This document shows positions 12,701 through 25,651 of a stretch of DNA of 64,000 nt, piece by piece; positions within the stretch are counted from its first letter, which is position 1; each line of letters starts with the position of its first letter. The notes under the pieces are model-generated. The model saw only the letters and a program-made list of their open reading frames with translations. It searched no databases and was not told the DNA's origin. The translations under genes were made by a program, and so were the position numbers. Source of the DNA: Octopus vulgaris (taxonomy: Eukaryota); NCBI GenBank assembly GCA_951406725.2, contig OX597819.1, positions 43,090,001 through 43,154,000 of the forward strand, given 5' to 3'.

Positions 12701-13166
12701 TTATTATTATTATTATTATTATTTACAAATTATTAATCAGATACTCAAATCTGACTACAGCTGAAAACTTAAGGGACGGAAATCAGAACTAACTTTAAAT
12801 AAAAAGATCTACTCAATATCAAATATGGCCTCTTTTAGAAGAGAAGGATAATAAAAGTAAAAGAAATACAAAATTCTTGTGTTAGTAATCTGTTAGTTGC
12901 ATTATTAAACAACAAAATTATATACCAAGAATATTAGTTTTAAAATTATTTAAAGACAAAAAAAAACAAAACAAAAAATGATGCAATTCAACTGTTAATC
13001 ATTTGTGATAAGATCAATTAAAAACAGAGATTTATTTCCAGAATATTCTCAGTTATCTCAAGGCAAAAATATTGCCTTGATGTAACTAGGAGCATTTTAG
13101 AAATAAATTGCCTCTGCTGATAATAAAATTCTTTCCACTTCAGTGGTGATCTGGAGAATGAAGATG

Positions 13167-13235
<69 letters not shown>

Positions 13236-13755
13236 TGCAATGTGTATTGTCAAAGAGATTAAAATCTTGCTAACTTTGTGAAATACTAATCTTTTAACTA
13301 TACACCATAATTAATGGAAGCAACTCTCTTATTACTATCAGCAAAGAGACAAGAAAAAGATATTAAGAGAGGAGGAGTGGGGAGGATGGGAGAAAGAGAG
13401 AGAGAGAAAGGGGAAGAGGGAGAGAAAGAGATTCTTCCATCTTTCCATATTCAGATTTTTACGATAATAATAATAATAATAATAATAATACGATGACGGA
13501 GAAGAAGGAGAAATCAATAAACAAAACAGAAAAACTATTTCTAATTATCATTTAAATCTTGAAGATTGCTCTTTCAGTTGAAAAGCTGCTACAACAGTGA
13601 AGAAGTCAAATTGATGTGAGGGCCAAAGTGAACAAGGTAACTTTGTAAACCAACAACCTGGTAGAGGAATCGTTAGAAACCTATTGGAGAAAAATGAATC
13701 ACGTTAAGTATTAAGACTGAAATGAATCCTTATCATTAAGAATGCACCTGTGTGT

Positions 13756-13786
<31 letters not shown>

Positions 13787-14010
13787 CGTGCCTACTTCTT
13801 ATGTAAACAGCACTCATCCATTTCTATAAGCTACTGATGAAGAGCAGAAGCTGCCAACAACAAGAGATGAAAGGGCTGTTAGTGCCTTTGATCTACAAGC
13901 TAGATATGGTGTACACATCAAAAGCGTAGCCAAATACGAGAAGCTAAATTTTTACCTATTTGAAACTCACATCTCAACTGTTATAAAATTTGCTTTTATT
14001 TTTTTTTTTA

Positions 14011-14059
<49 letters not shown>

Positions 14060-14699
14060 TGACGATGATGATGATGATGAAGAAAAATTAATGAAGAAAA
14101 ATAGGTTTGGAGAAAATGTTATCAATTACAAGAGAAACATGTCCATTAGCTCATGGTCATTAGAGATACTTCAAGAGTGAAAGATTGAAATGGGGGAGGG
14201 ATTCTTTCACAATAATGTGTGTGTGTGCATGAGGGAGGGAGGGAGGGAAAGAGAGAGAGAGAGAGCTGTGCACATTTGTGTTTACACACTTATTTTAAAA
14301 AAAAGTTAGTAGCAATGTCACAAACATTGTACAAAGAAAAAGTGGAGAGCAAAAAAACACACCAAACATCTAACTTTTTTTTTCCTTCAGTAGTTGCATT
14401 AAGAACCAATTGCATTATATTTCATAGTATAAGAAAATAGAATATTTTATAGTATCTATCCATCCATCCATCTATCTATCTACTCACCCTGTCCAATCCC
14501 TGGTTCCACGTCACTTACACATAGCAGCTCTCTGTAATTAGAGTGTATGCCTTATCACATATTACTCTCTCTCCTTTTCACTTTCTCCAACTGAGGTCGC
14601 CATGTATCACCTCCACAGCCAGACACCTATTTCTGTCCCTCTATTTATATTCTAACTTCTCATGATCTGATACAAAGCCACCTCCTTCACTACTACACC

Positions 14700-14940
14700 C
14701 TTTTTCAGTTGAGGGGGAGTCTTGTCTTGCAAGTTACTCGGTGACCTCAAAGCTGCTCATGCTATGTAAAAATTACCCAGGACACTTGGTACAACGGTCA
14801 GCGTTAGGAAAGGCATCCAATTGTAGCAACTATACCAAAGCAGACACTGGAACTTATCACAGTCCTCTGATTTGTGAGCTCCTGTCAAACCATCCAGGCC
14901 ATGCTAGCATGGAAGGAAGCCTTTAAATAATGATGATGAT
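14700..14940 (+). mobile_element. SINE family 3 (RTE-like tail ending in (GAT)n)
   Basis: GCGTTAGGAAAGGCATCCA...CATGCTAGCATGGAA...TAATGATGATGAT. Confidence 0.7.
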
Positions 14941-15192
14941 AAAGATGCCCGATTATATGAGTGGAAGCCAAATCAGTTGACTCAAACCCAAAATATATTA
15001 CAAAACACTCCCTTTCTCATTGCTCCTATCCACTCAGCTGGTAAAAATGAGTAATCCTACAATGGACCAGCATCCTCTCCAGGAAGGAGTATATACACCG
15101 GAGAAACTAGGAAACTGACCCTGTGCCCTTTACAGAGTAATATGGACAAACCCAGTGGTGTGAAGTGCTCAAGGGGAACTTGAGACAAAAGA

Positions 15193-15594
15193 TACGAGGG
15201 TGAGTCAAAACGTAATGCCATTTTGTTTAGGACAGGTACGATTACCAACACAGGAACATTTATCATACATCAAAATGAAGCTGGTCCTCTGTGGATCACA
15301 TCCCTACTTCTCAACATAGTCACCGTTTCTCTCAATAGCAATGTTTCACCTTCGAATGAGAGCATGTATCCCTGCTCTGTAAAATTCTGTTGACTGTTCT
15401 TTGAGCCACTTCTTCACTACAGTTTTCACTTTCTCGTCGCTGGAATAATTTAGCACCTTCAGACTATCATCTCTTCGGCCCCATGAAAAAGGGTTTGAGA
15501 GGCAAACATTATTCCAGTGACGAGGAAGTGAAAACTGTAGTGAAGAAGTGGCTCAAAGAACAGTCAACAGAATTTTACGGGGCAGGGATACATG
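15193..15594. mobile_element. Mariner-derived fold-back element built from the transposase 3' end
   Basis: TA-CGAGGGTGAGTCAAAA terminus. Plus strand encodes APSDYHLFGP..KKGLRGKHYSSDEEVKTVVKKWLKEQSTEFY (mariner APSDY motif). 15363-15449 is the inverted copy of 15508-15594. Confidence 0.9.
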
Positions 15595-16304
15595 ATTAAT
15601 AGCTGGGTAGTAATAAAAAAAAATCTGTAAGTAAAAGAGGGCATCTTATGGAGTAGTCAGGTAGGGGTAGATTCAGCTTTTATAAAGGTCGTTAAGATTC
15701 ACAGATGAGAAAATAGTAAAAGTAACAGTATAAAAGATACTGTACTATAAAACTATGGAGTAAGCATGAAACAACCTTGTATGTATGATGAGGGTGGCGG
15801 TGGTGGTGAGATTTTGTTCTTTTTGCTCGAAGTACTAAAAGTACGGGGTTATATCATATCTAAGAACATTAGCTGGATAGTAGGGAGAGCAGCAGTATCT
15901 CTAGTATAGATGAGATATAGCAGCAGTATTTCTAGTACAGATGAGATACTAGTAATGTTAAGAGTATGGCCACACGAGATTTATGTGGGGAGAAGGAGAG
16001 GGGGGGGGAAGAGAGATTAATCTACTTTTTCTTCTACTACATTCATTACCCAAATAGAGCAGGTGTTACAGTTAAATAAATAATTTAGAATCAAAACCTT
16101 TGCTACTCTGCAACAGCAAAAATAAATAAATAAATAAATATTTTAAAAAAAGTTTTTTTTTTCTTTAAATCCATGAACAGGAATTGCAAAATGCTTAATG
16201 AGCTGAAATGAGAGCACCTTTGTGACCAGTCAACTTGCTAAAGAGAGCAATCATATCTCCTTTATATCACACACACTACAGGGATGGAAACTTTTGTTAA
16301 TATC

Positions 16305-16560
16305 ACCATCATCATCATCATCGTTTAACGTCCACCTTCCATGCTGGCATGGGTGGATGGTTTGCCAGGAGTTAACCAAGCAGGAGCCTGCACCAGACTT
16401 CTGTAACTGTTTCAGCAGGATTTTTACAGCTGTATGCTCTTCATAACACCAACCACTCAGCTACGTAGCACAAGCACAGGCAAGGTCAGTTTTGGCGAGG
16501 TTTTTACAGCTGGATACCCTTCGGAATGCCAACCATTTTACAGTGTGGACTGGATGCTTT
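16305..16560 (-). mobile_element. SINE family 3
   Basis: (CAT)n CGTTTAACGTCCACCTTCCATGCTGGCATGGG... Confidence 0.8.
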
Positions 16561-16589
16561 TCAGTCCTATATATATGTCCAAGTCAGAC

Positions 16590-16774
16590 GGCATGATAGA
16601 TCGTTAGCTACTACACACATTTTTTTCTCTCCTTGTTTTTTCTGTGTACCTTTCTGTAGAAGAGCGTAGGCTCGAAACATAAAAAACTTTTTCTATTCCT
16701 GAGCGCGATACTAATACATCTGTTTGTTTGTACACCACCCGCCTTCATCTTTTGTTTATTTTCGTAAACTTTCC

Positions 16775-16778
<4 letters not shown>
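16590..16778 (+). mobile_element. Penelope-like terminal repeat fragment with minimal hammerhead-like motif
   Basis: About 190-bp unit repeated at 19918-20108 and partly at 22890-23030; contains CTGTAGAA-GAGC-GTAG-GCTC-GAAAC. Confidence 0.6.
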
Positions 16779-16810
<32 letters not shown>

Positions 16811-16821
16811 TTATTGTGCGT

Positions 16822-16864
<43 letters not shown>

Positions 16865-16944
16865 GGGTCTCCTTAATCAGGGTTAAACAATAACAACAGT
16901 TTGTTTATAATTAGGGTAGTCTGAAGATATGCAACTACTATCCT

Positions 16945-17265
16945 CAGCGGAATTTGAACTTAGAATGTAAAGATAGATAAAATGTTCTAAAGCATTTTAC
17001 CTAGCGTGGTAACAATTCTGCCAGCTTGGTGCTTTTAATTATTATTGATACAATTATTACAATCCTGATTTCAGATTTTGACACAAGGCCAGTCATTTTG
17101 AGGGCAGGGGTAAGTCAAATACATCAATCCCAGTGCTGCTTTATTTTATTGATCCCCAACAGGAGGAAAAGTAAAGCTGACCTCGGTGTAATTTGAACTC
17201 AGAATGTAAAGATGGATGAAATACTGTCCAGCATTTTACCTGATGTAGCCAGCTTACCACCTTAC
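16945..17265 (-). mobile_element. Two CpG-decayed SINE family 2 copies
   Basis: Reverse complement of the family-2 core. Confidence 0.8.
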
Positions 17266-17488
17266 CGGGCATTGCATTGTGTTCTTGTCAAAGCACTTTA
17301 TTTCATGCTGCTCTGCGATCATTTCGTCATCTGACATGTGGCACCCATTGCACCTGTACAGGTATTGTTGATCTGAAGGAGGGAGTGAGCTTATATGTAC
17401 ACAAACATTTGCTCACTATAAACAAATCATCTGTGTGGTTGTTCAATTGTCGAACCCTCATACCTCATCTAATGACAGGAGAGTTCAT

Positions 17489-17576
<88 letters not shown>

Positions 17577-17637
17577 AAGTTGATGCCAAATTCTGAAAGA
17601 AGGAACTTTATATGTCAATATAATATAGAAGGAATGT

Positions 17638-17851
17638 AAAGGCGGCGAGCTGGAGAAACGTTAGCACGCTGGGCGAAACGCTTAGCAGTATTTTGTCTGT
17701 CTTTACATTCTGAGTTCAAATTCAGCCAAGGTCGACTTTACCTTTCATCCTTTCGGGGTCGATAAATTAAGTACCAGTTGTGTACTGGGGTCGATGTAAT
17801 CGACTAGCCCCCTCCCCCAAAATTTTAGGCCTTGTGTCTAGAGTAGAAAAG
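17638..17851 (+). mobile_element. SINE family 2, full length with 15-bp TSD
   Basis: AATATAGAAGGAATG at 17622-17636 and 17852-17866. Core GGTCGACTTTACCTTTCATCCTTTCGGGGTCGATAAATTAAGTACCAG resembles Deu/Nin-type domains (from memory). Confidence 0.92.
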
Positions 17852-18191
17852 AATATAGAAGGAATGGATTTGAAGCTGCAATGTAAAGATCTGCAGAAAT
17901 TAATAATGCCACAAGACATTCAGACAATCCATTGCTATTACAACAGTATTAATGGCTTTCATACAAAGTGGCTGTTAAAGATAATGCAGCCTCTTGGTCT
18001 TCACTTAGCATTTAAACTGAACTGATTGTTGTTTTTAAAGAATTAGCTGAGGAATTATGACAGCTGATGAGGTAAATCTCTTTGGTTAGGCAAAATTTTT
18101 TTTTTTTTTTTGCTATCTCATTAATATTTCTGCTCATTGCAATTGTGCTATTTGGTAAAACATATTAATATCAATCAATTGCACATAATAT

Positions 18192-19030
18192 GCACAGCTG
18201 TGGCTCTGTGGTAAGAAGCTTGATTCCCAACCATATGGTTCTGGATTCAGTCCTACTGCATGGCACCTGGGCCAATTAAAAGCTTTGTGAGTGAATTTAG
18301 TAGACAGAAACAGAAAGAAGCTCATAGTGTGTGTGTGTGTGTGTGAGTGCCTCCTTGTCTAGTGTTGGTGTGTTTACACCACTGTCACTTAGCAGTTCAG
18401 CAAAAGAGACAAACGGAATATGTACCAGGCTTTAACCCTCTAGCAGTTAAACCAGCTATATCTTGCCAAAATATTTTACTTGCTTTATGTTCAAACCGGC
18501 CAAATCTGGCCTCTCACACCTACCCTACAATGTCATTCTAAAAATAAACTCTTACATCATCGAAATCTTGAAGCTACAGGATAATGCATGATTAATTCAA
18601 AACAATGTGAATAAATAGACACGTAATAAGTGACCGAGATCTTTAGGGATATGCTATGCTTGAGAAGACTTATCAAGCCATGTGAAATTGAAATCATAGT
18701 TGTGACTGATGTTGGCACCCATGCTGGTGGCACATAAAAAGCACCCATTACACTCTTAGTGTTAGGAAGGACATCCAGCCATAGAAACCATAACAAATCA
18801 GACTGGAATCTGATACAGCTCACCAGCTTATCAGTTTTAGTCAAACCATCTAACCCATGCCAACATCGAAAGCAGACGCTAAATGATGATGAATATTTGA
18901 CAGAATAATCTGAATGGCAAAGGATTAAAAAGTCAAGTACCAGGGTTGACTCATTCAACAAAAATTCTTCGAGGAAGTGCCCCAGCATGGCCGCAGTCTA
19001 ATGACTGAAACAGGTAAAAGATATAGAAGA
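18192..19030 (+). mobile_element. Triple nest: SINE family 1 containing MITE A containing SINE family 3
   Basis: Family 1 breaks at GGCTTTAA (about 18432) and resumes at about 18929. MITE A spans about 18432-18928 and is itself broken by family 3 at about 18625-18892. Confidence 0.85.
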
Positions 19031-19749
19031 TATACAAAACAGGTGCACATATATTTATAAATATGAATTTCAGGAAATTCCCTTCCCCCACTCCGCTTCC
19101 ACCCCATGACCTGTGACACCTCTTCTCCGCTTTCTTGCAATTGAGAAAATGCAAAGAGCTCCGTATCATTGATGAGGAAAAACATCACTACTTGATTTCT
19201 AACAATGACACAAGGCTACAGATTTAGGGACTGGGGACTGGAGGTCAGGATACTGTAAATTATATTCACCCCAGTACTTGACAGGTGCTACATATTTTTA
19301 ACACCCACCACCACTCCATAAGGCTGAAAGGCTAAGCTGATCTCAATGGGATTTGATCTCAGAACACAAAGGCTTGTAATAAAACACCGTAAAGCATTTT
19401 CTTTGTCGCTCCAGTGATTCTTGCTAATTCATTGCCCCTGTTTATTGACAAGATTAAATGACCCTTTAATTGCTTATAAGTGGTATTGGCCAACAAATGG
19501 GTGAAATAAACCCCTAAGTTAAACAGTTTTGGTGTTTAAATATGACTAGAAGCCCATTGTTTAGGAGGTCGTTGTTTAATGGTAAATCTGACTGTCTCTG
19601 ATCAAGATACGCAACATTAACTCTAGCTGTTGATCCATGAACCTGACCTAACAGACAATGTCTCATTTTACAATAATTATTACAATATTTTGCTGATACA
19701 TATACTCTTAATGAGACTGGGTTTAGATGAAAAGCTGAGTGAATCTGGA

Positions 19750-20385
19750 CATGGGAGCAGATGTAACCGTATGGTAAGAAGTTTGCTTCCCAACCACATA
19801 GTCCTGGGTTCAGTTCCACTGCATGGCATCTTGCAAAAGTGTTGTCTAATATAGGCCCAAGCCAATTATAGCCTTGTGAGTGGATTTGGTAGATGAAAAC
19901 TGAAAGAAGCCCACACGCCATGATAGATTGTTAGCCACTACACACATTTTTTTTTTCTCTCCTTGTTTTCTGTGTCCCTTTCTGTAGAAGAGCGTACGCT
20001 CGAAACATAAAAGAGTTTTTCTATTCCTGAGCGTTATACTAACACATCTGTTTGTTTTGTACACCACCTGTCTTCGTCTTTTGTTGTTTTTTTCATAAAC
20101 TCTCCTCATATGTATACACACACACACGCATACATGTACACATACATGTATGTATATATTTATGAGTATCTTTGTGATTGTGTTTGTTCCCCACCACCAC
20201 ATGACAACCAGTGTTTGTTTGTTTACACCCTCTTAAAGTAGCAGTATGGCAAAGAGATATCAATAGAATAAGTATTGGGCTTTGAAAAAAGTACTGGGAT
20301 CAGTCCTGTTAAATAAAAACTGTTCAAAGTGGTACCTCAGAATGGCTGCAGTTCAATGACCGACACAAGCAAAAGATAAAAAAGA
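19750..20385 (+). mobile_element. SINE family 1 interrupted by a Penelope-like fragment
   Basis: Head and core to about 19915, tail from about 20165. Confidence 0.85.
19918..20108 (+). mobile_element. Penelope-like terminal repeat fragment with hammerhead-like motif
   Basis: CTTT-CTGTAGAA-GAGCG-TA-CGCTC-GAAAC-ATA-AAAG. Confidence 0.6.
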
Positions 20386-21046
20386 TGCCTCTAACTTTGG
20401 AAAGTGTGAGCTGTAAAATTTGTTTAACTCGCCGGCATTTCACTAAACCACCATTGCACATCTTCAAATCAATTTGCATTGTGTGTATTTGAACAGTTTT
20501 GAATTTAGTTCTACATACAATACAGCTTAATTCATATGGCTTTTGGACCATAGAGTCTTAATTAACAAATGCACAAACTAACACTGAAATCTTATTATAC
20601 ATCAAAGTTCTTCGTTCATAAGATGTTTGGCCTACTGTAAATCTGTGTTATTTCATGGGTATAATTGAATTTTCATCAAAGCAAAAACAAGTTTCTGTAT
20701 ACTTTTTTGGCTGAATATGATCTAAACTTCATAAATACACACACACACATTAATAAAAAACAAAAAATAAGAAAACAACGACAACAAAAAAACAAAACAA
20801 AAAAACAATTAAGGTCTGTTCAGAACCAATAAAATACAAAATAACTATTCCTGACAACAACATTACAACTGTCTCTGCAATTATCTAGATAATTATTTGA
20901 TGGGTCAAAGAGCAGTGAAAATATTTATTCTGCAAATTAAATTTCACTAGTGTTTTGGGTTTAGCTTAATTTACACATGAATATTTCAGGTAGAAACATT
21001 TCAATCAGGATATTGTTATTAATATTGCTGCTGCTCTTGCCACCAC

Positions 21047-21080
<34 letters not shown>

Positions 21081-21082
<2 letters not shown>

Positions 21083-21295
21083 GGTGGTGAGTTGACTGAA
21101 TCGTTAGCACGCCTAGCAAAATCCTTACCAGCATTTCATCTATCTTTGCAGTCTGAGTTCAAATTCCAACAAAGTTGACTTTGCCTTTCATCCTATCGTA
21201 TTGATAAATGAAGTACCAGCTGAACACTGGTGGCTCAATGTAATCGATTCAACCACTCCCCCAAAATTGCTGCCCCTGTAGCAAAAACTTAAATC
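21081..21295 (+). mobile_element. SINE family 2 within an (ATT)n tract
   Basis: Family-2 core flanked by (ATT)n on both sides; another copy at about 21800-21995. Confidence 0.85.
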
Positions 21296-21320
21296 ATTAT
21301 TATTATCATTATTATTATTA

Positions 21321-21780
21321 TTGAGTGAGAGAACAGTGCATGCCATCAAAGTAAAACTGGGGTAAAATATACGTAGCCCAGTATACCCATCATGACTCAC
21401 TGTCTGATAAGGCACATGCATCACAACCATATGTGTGCAAAATGGTGATCTCATATCAAGATAAACAGTGCATGACCTTGCCGGTGGGGCCCAGTTGGAG
21501 TATTCTTCGGGTTGAGTAGCCCATCCCGCTCAAAAGATCCCTGAATAAGGGCTGTTTAAGGATGTTGAATGAAACACCCATGTTTCCAGAGGTAAATTAT
21601 CCAAACCCCAAAGAATTCCTCTCAACACATGGCTATGATGTTCCCCCACTACTTCTGCTCGTGATCCGAGATGCACATATCGTCAGCCACTGAGGGACAT
21701 GCTCAACAGGTTAAGATCAAACAACTGACAAGCAAATCTGTGGTATTGAGCAGAATATTTGCTGTAGCCCATCTTTTGTA
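21321..21780 (-). mobile_element. Interspersed repeat, probably the 3' end of a non-LTR retrotransposon with a (TAA)n tail
   Basis: GC-richer 460-bp block bounded by (ATT)n tracts, recalled as a common octopus repeat. Single copy here and no intact ORF. Confidence 0.45.
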
Positions 21781-22482
21781 TTATTATTATTACTATTATT
21801 ATGGCAAACTGACAGAATCGTTAGTACACAGAACAAGTGCTTGGCAGCATTTTGTTTATCTTTATGTTCAGAGTTCAAACTCCACTAAGGCCAACTTTGC
21901 CTTTCATCCTTTCAAGGACGATAAAATGAACACAAGTTAAGTACTGGGCTCAATGTAATTGACTAACATCTGGCCTTGTGCCACAAAGTGAAAGCTATAA
22001 CATATCATGAGCATGCGTATACATATACACACATATTTCTTCAAACACACACAAACTCATACACCTAAGAGTTTTACCATGGTTAGTTATCATACTCCAG
22101 TAAAAGAAAAGTTTAAATATCCAAACAGAAGATAACTTCACGCAACAACAAATAACTAATTAAAATAAAATCATATTTTTAAAAAAGCTTATTATTCCTA
22201 AATAGAAAACTATGTAAATCACCATTGGATTTTACGTAGGAGTATTCCAGTTATCGAGACAACTGATCAGTTCATTCATTGAAGTATCATACAAGAGGCC
22301 AAATATTCCACACACACACACACACAATATAATCTTAACGTAGAGCCAGTGTGATCACAACATAAAACAAAGCTAGCCTTCTCAGTACAACTATGGTCCA
22401 ACCACTGACAATCTTGCCAGCTTCCATCTACACAATGTCGCTCACATAATATAAAGCAATGGGAGGAAAAGGCACTTGCGTA

Positions 22483-22850
22483 GCCCCTTCAGCATTCAGA
22501 CTGCTCTGTGAAATATGATGCTTATTTCATTCATATTGTTTTGAATTAATCAAGTATTGTCTCATAGCTTCAAGATTTTGATGATGTGATTTTATCTTTA
22601 TGGCTTTATATTTTTTTAGACTGCGGCCATGCTGGGGCATTGACTTGAAGAATTTCTTAGCCAAATGAATTGAGCCCAGTATTTTTTTCTTTTCTTCTCT
22701 TTTTAAAGCCTAGTACTTATTCTATTTGTCTCTTTTGCTGAACTGCTAAGTTACAGGGTTTATGCAAACACAAGCTGTGCCCCCCCACCCAAAAAACACA
22801 CACACACACACGATGGGCTTCTTTTGGTCTCTGTCAATCAATTCCACTCA
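22483..22850. mobile_element. Partial MITE A followed by a minus-strand SINE family 1 tail
   Basis: CCCTTCAGCATTCAGAC... then GACTGCGGCCATGCTGGGGCA... Confidence 0.75.
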
Positions 22851-23030
22851 CAATGAGAAAATGTGTATGTGCATATATATATATGTACATTTTTTCATTT
22901 ACTCTTATTCCTTTCCGTTGAAGAGCGTAGGCGCAAAATGTAAAGGATTTTTTCGTTTGTCCCAAGCATCAAACTAATACACTTGCTTGTTGTTCATACA
23001 CCTGTCTTCATTTGTTTTTCTATAAACTTC

Positions 23031-23074
<44 letters not shown>

Positions 23075-23102
23075 ATGTATATATATACATATATATATAT
23101 AT

Positions 23103-23340
23103 ATCATCATCATCATCATCATTTAACATCCGCTTTCCATGCTGGCATAGGTTGGACGGTTCAACTGGGGTCTGGGAAACTAGAAGGCTGCACCAGGCCC
23201 AGTCTGATCTGGCAGTGTTTCTACAGCTGGATGCCCTTCCTAACGCCAACCACTCCGTGAGTGTAGTGGGTGCTTTTTACGTGCCAGAGGAGGCTGGCAG
23301 ACGGCCACAGTTGGATGGTGCTTTTTACGTGCCACCGGCC
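23103..23340 (-). mobile_element. SINE family 3
   Basis: Nearly identical to 23652-23830. Confidence 0.9.
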
Positions 23341-23651
23341 TCTTGTATGATACTTCAATGAATTTGAATTACTTTTAAATCTTTATGATTATAGATAACA
23401 ACTAGGGCTGTAACTTCTGAGCATGAGTCAGGAGCAGGTGAACGATGTTGAGAGAACATCTGCTACAAATTATATTTTTGGACACAAGGCACTTCTCAGA
23501 TGACTGCCAGATGCTGAAGAAAAATAAATGAACTGTGACCAGGATCAATAAAAGGAACCCAGGTTATTGGCTAAAATTAAACCAGCTAGCAAATACACAT
23601 TCACTTTACTAAATTTATACTTGGGTTAAGCCCGAACAGCCTAAGTGCTGG

Positions 23652-23830
23652 ATCATCATTTAGCGTCTGCTTTCCATGCTAGCATGGGCTGGACGGTTCA
23701 ACTGGGGTCTGGGAAGCCAGAAGGCTGCACCAGGCCCAGCCTGATCTGGCAATGTTTCTATGGCTGGATGCCCTTCCTAACGCCAACCACTCCGTGAGTG
23801 TAGTGGGTGCTTTTTACATGCCACCGGCAC
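23652..23830 (-). mobile_element. SINE family 3
   Basis: CTGGATGCCCTTCCTAACGCCAACCACTCCGTGAGTGTAGTGGGTGCTTTTTAC. Confidence 0.9.
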
Positions 23831-23887
<57 letters not shown>

Positions 23888-23894
23888 CATACAT

Positions 23895-23937
<43 letters not shown>

Positions 23938-25131
23938 CATACACACATACAGAGAAATTGAACCTAAATTCTCTATGCTAGTGGGTTAACACCATAAACT
24001 CTATTGAGAAATGATGCTGGAAGAATGGAAAAATCAGCGCAATATAAGAAAAGGAAAAAAAGAAAGAAAGAAGGAAAGAAAAAAAACTCAGTCAACCAAA
24101 CATCAACTGTTTAAAAGGCAAGTACTTTTAACCATTTCATTCAAGAATCTATGAATCGAAATAAGAAAACAATTCTACCGACCCTTACCCTCTCCTCCAA
24201 CATACACTCTCACCACCTCAGCCCTCAGACATGTTAGAAAATAATGACACATGATAGTGATGGTAGAAGTATCAATTCTAATCTCTCAGTTATTAGATGA
24301 GATTTGATCATAAAATGTTTTCAAGTATGGCAGTATTAGATCTCTCCAGTCTGTAATGGGCTAGTCACCTGTCATATATGATCAAAATAAAAACGGCAGC
24401 TCAACAGCCTTCTCGTACTAGAGTGGATAAGAACGAGAGAATGGAGAGATAGAGAGAGAGAGAGAGAGAGAGATAAAAAGAAAGTAAGAAATACGGCATG
24501 TGTATGTATGTGTAAATGTAAACTAAATGTTTCAATGATGATAATAATAATAATAATAATAATAACAACATTTAAAAAGATTTCAATAGTTATTCATTGG
24601 CATGGCTTTAAAAAGAACACTAGATTGTTAAAGCTTGGAAAAAAAACAAGTGGAGAAAAAATAAGCTACAATAACTGATGGTGCCGATAGTGATAGTGCG
24701 AAAAGAGAGGGAGAAATATATAAGCAAGAACTATAATATCCTCAGACTTAAACGCAACATAAAATGGCTAGTTTCTATTTTTTTCTTTTCTTTTCTTAAG
24801 TTGGTCAAGGCAAAAATATATTCTTTTGTCATCAAGAAAAATTCTTTCCTAGCAACAAACTACTAGATATCAATATTGGTGTCCGTAGAAATACATTAAG
24901 CAGATCATAATGTTTGGTTAACAAATATCTCTATGGCATCAATATCTGTGATAAATACACTAAGACGCAAGTTGATTTCTCTGTTATTTCCTTCGATCAA
25001 ACAATATATATCTGGCAGAAATTATGTTAAAGCTTCTTGAACAGTGGAAAACTAATATATTAGGAAATATTTTATAGTATGCAGACTAAAGTGTTAAGCT
25101 TAAAAGGTTATATGTAAGTGCATGTTCACAA

Positions 25132-25168
<37 letters not shown>

Positions 25169-25353
25169 CACACATGCATATATATACACATGTATATGCA
25201 CACACATACATCTATATAGATACTCATATATATGCACAGGATACATATACACCCCCCCAGACACACACATTATTTGCTTTTGAGATTGAAAATAAATATT
25301 TTTACAAGCTGTTTATGACAAACTTTATACACACACACACACACACATGTATG

Positions 25354-25431
<78 letters not shown>

Positions 25432-25651
25432 AAGCTGATGCCAATTTCTGAAAGAAGGGACTTTATGCCATTAAACTGACATATGAAAAGCTAATAGTTA
25501 CAAAACAAGAAAAAGGAAAGAAAGAGCTCCCTGATAATGTCAATATAGAAGGAATATACATACCAAACAGATGGTCTGAATCCATAAAATTCACCAATTT
25601 TTTTATGAATGTAACATCCACAGATATTAGGAAGGAATTAGAATATCTCAC

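Noticed and set aside
13578-13636. Plus-strand exon-like segment (TTTCAG|...AAG|GTAACT)
   Set aside because: Stops in all frames and no supporting context.
13834-13860. CTGATGAAGAGCAGAAGCT hammerhead-like half
   Set aside because: Lacks the GAAA strand and a cleavage triplet.
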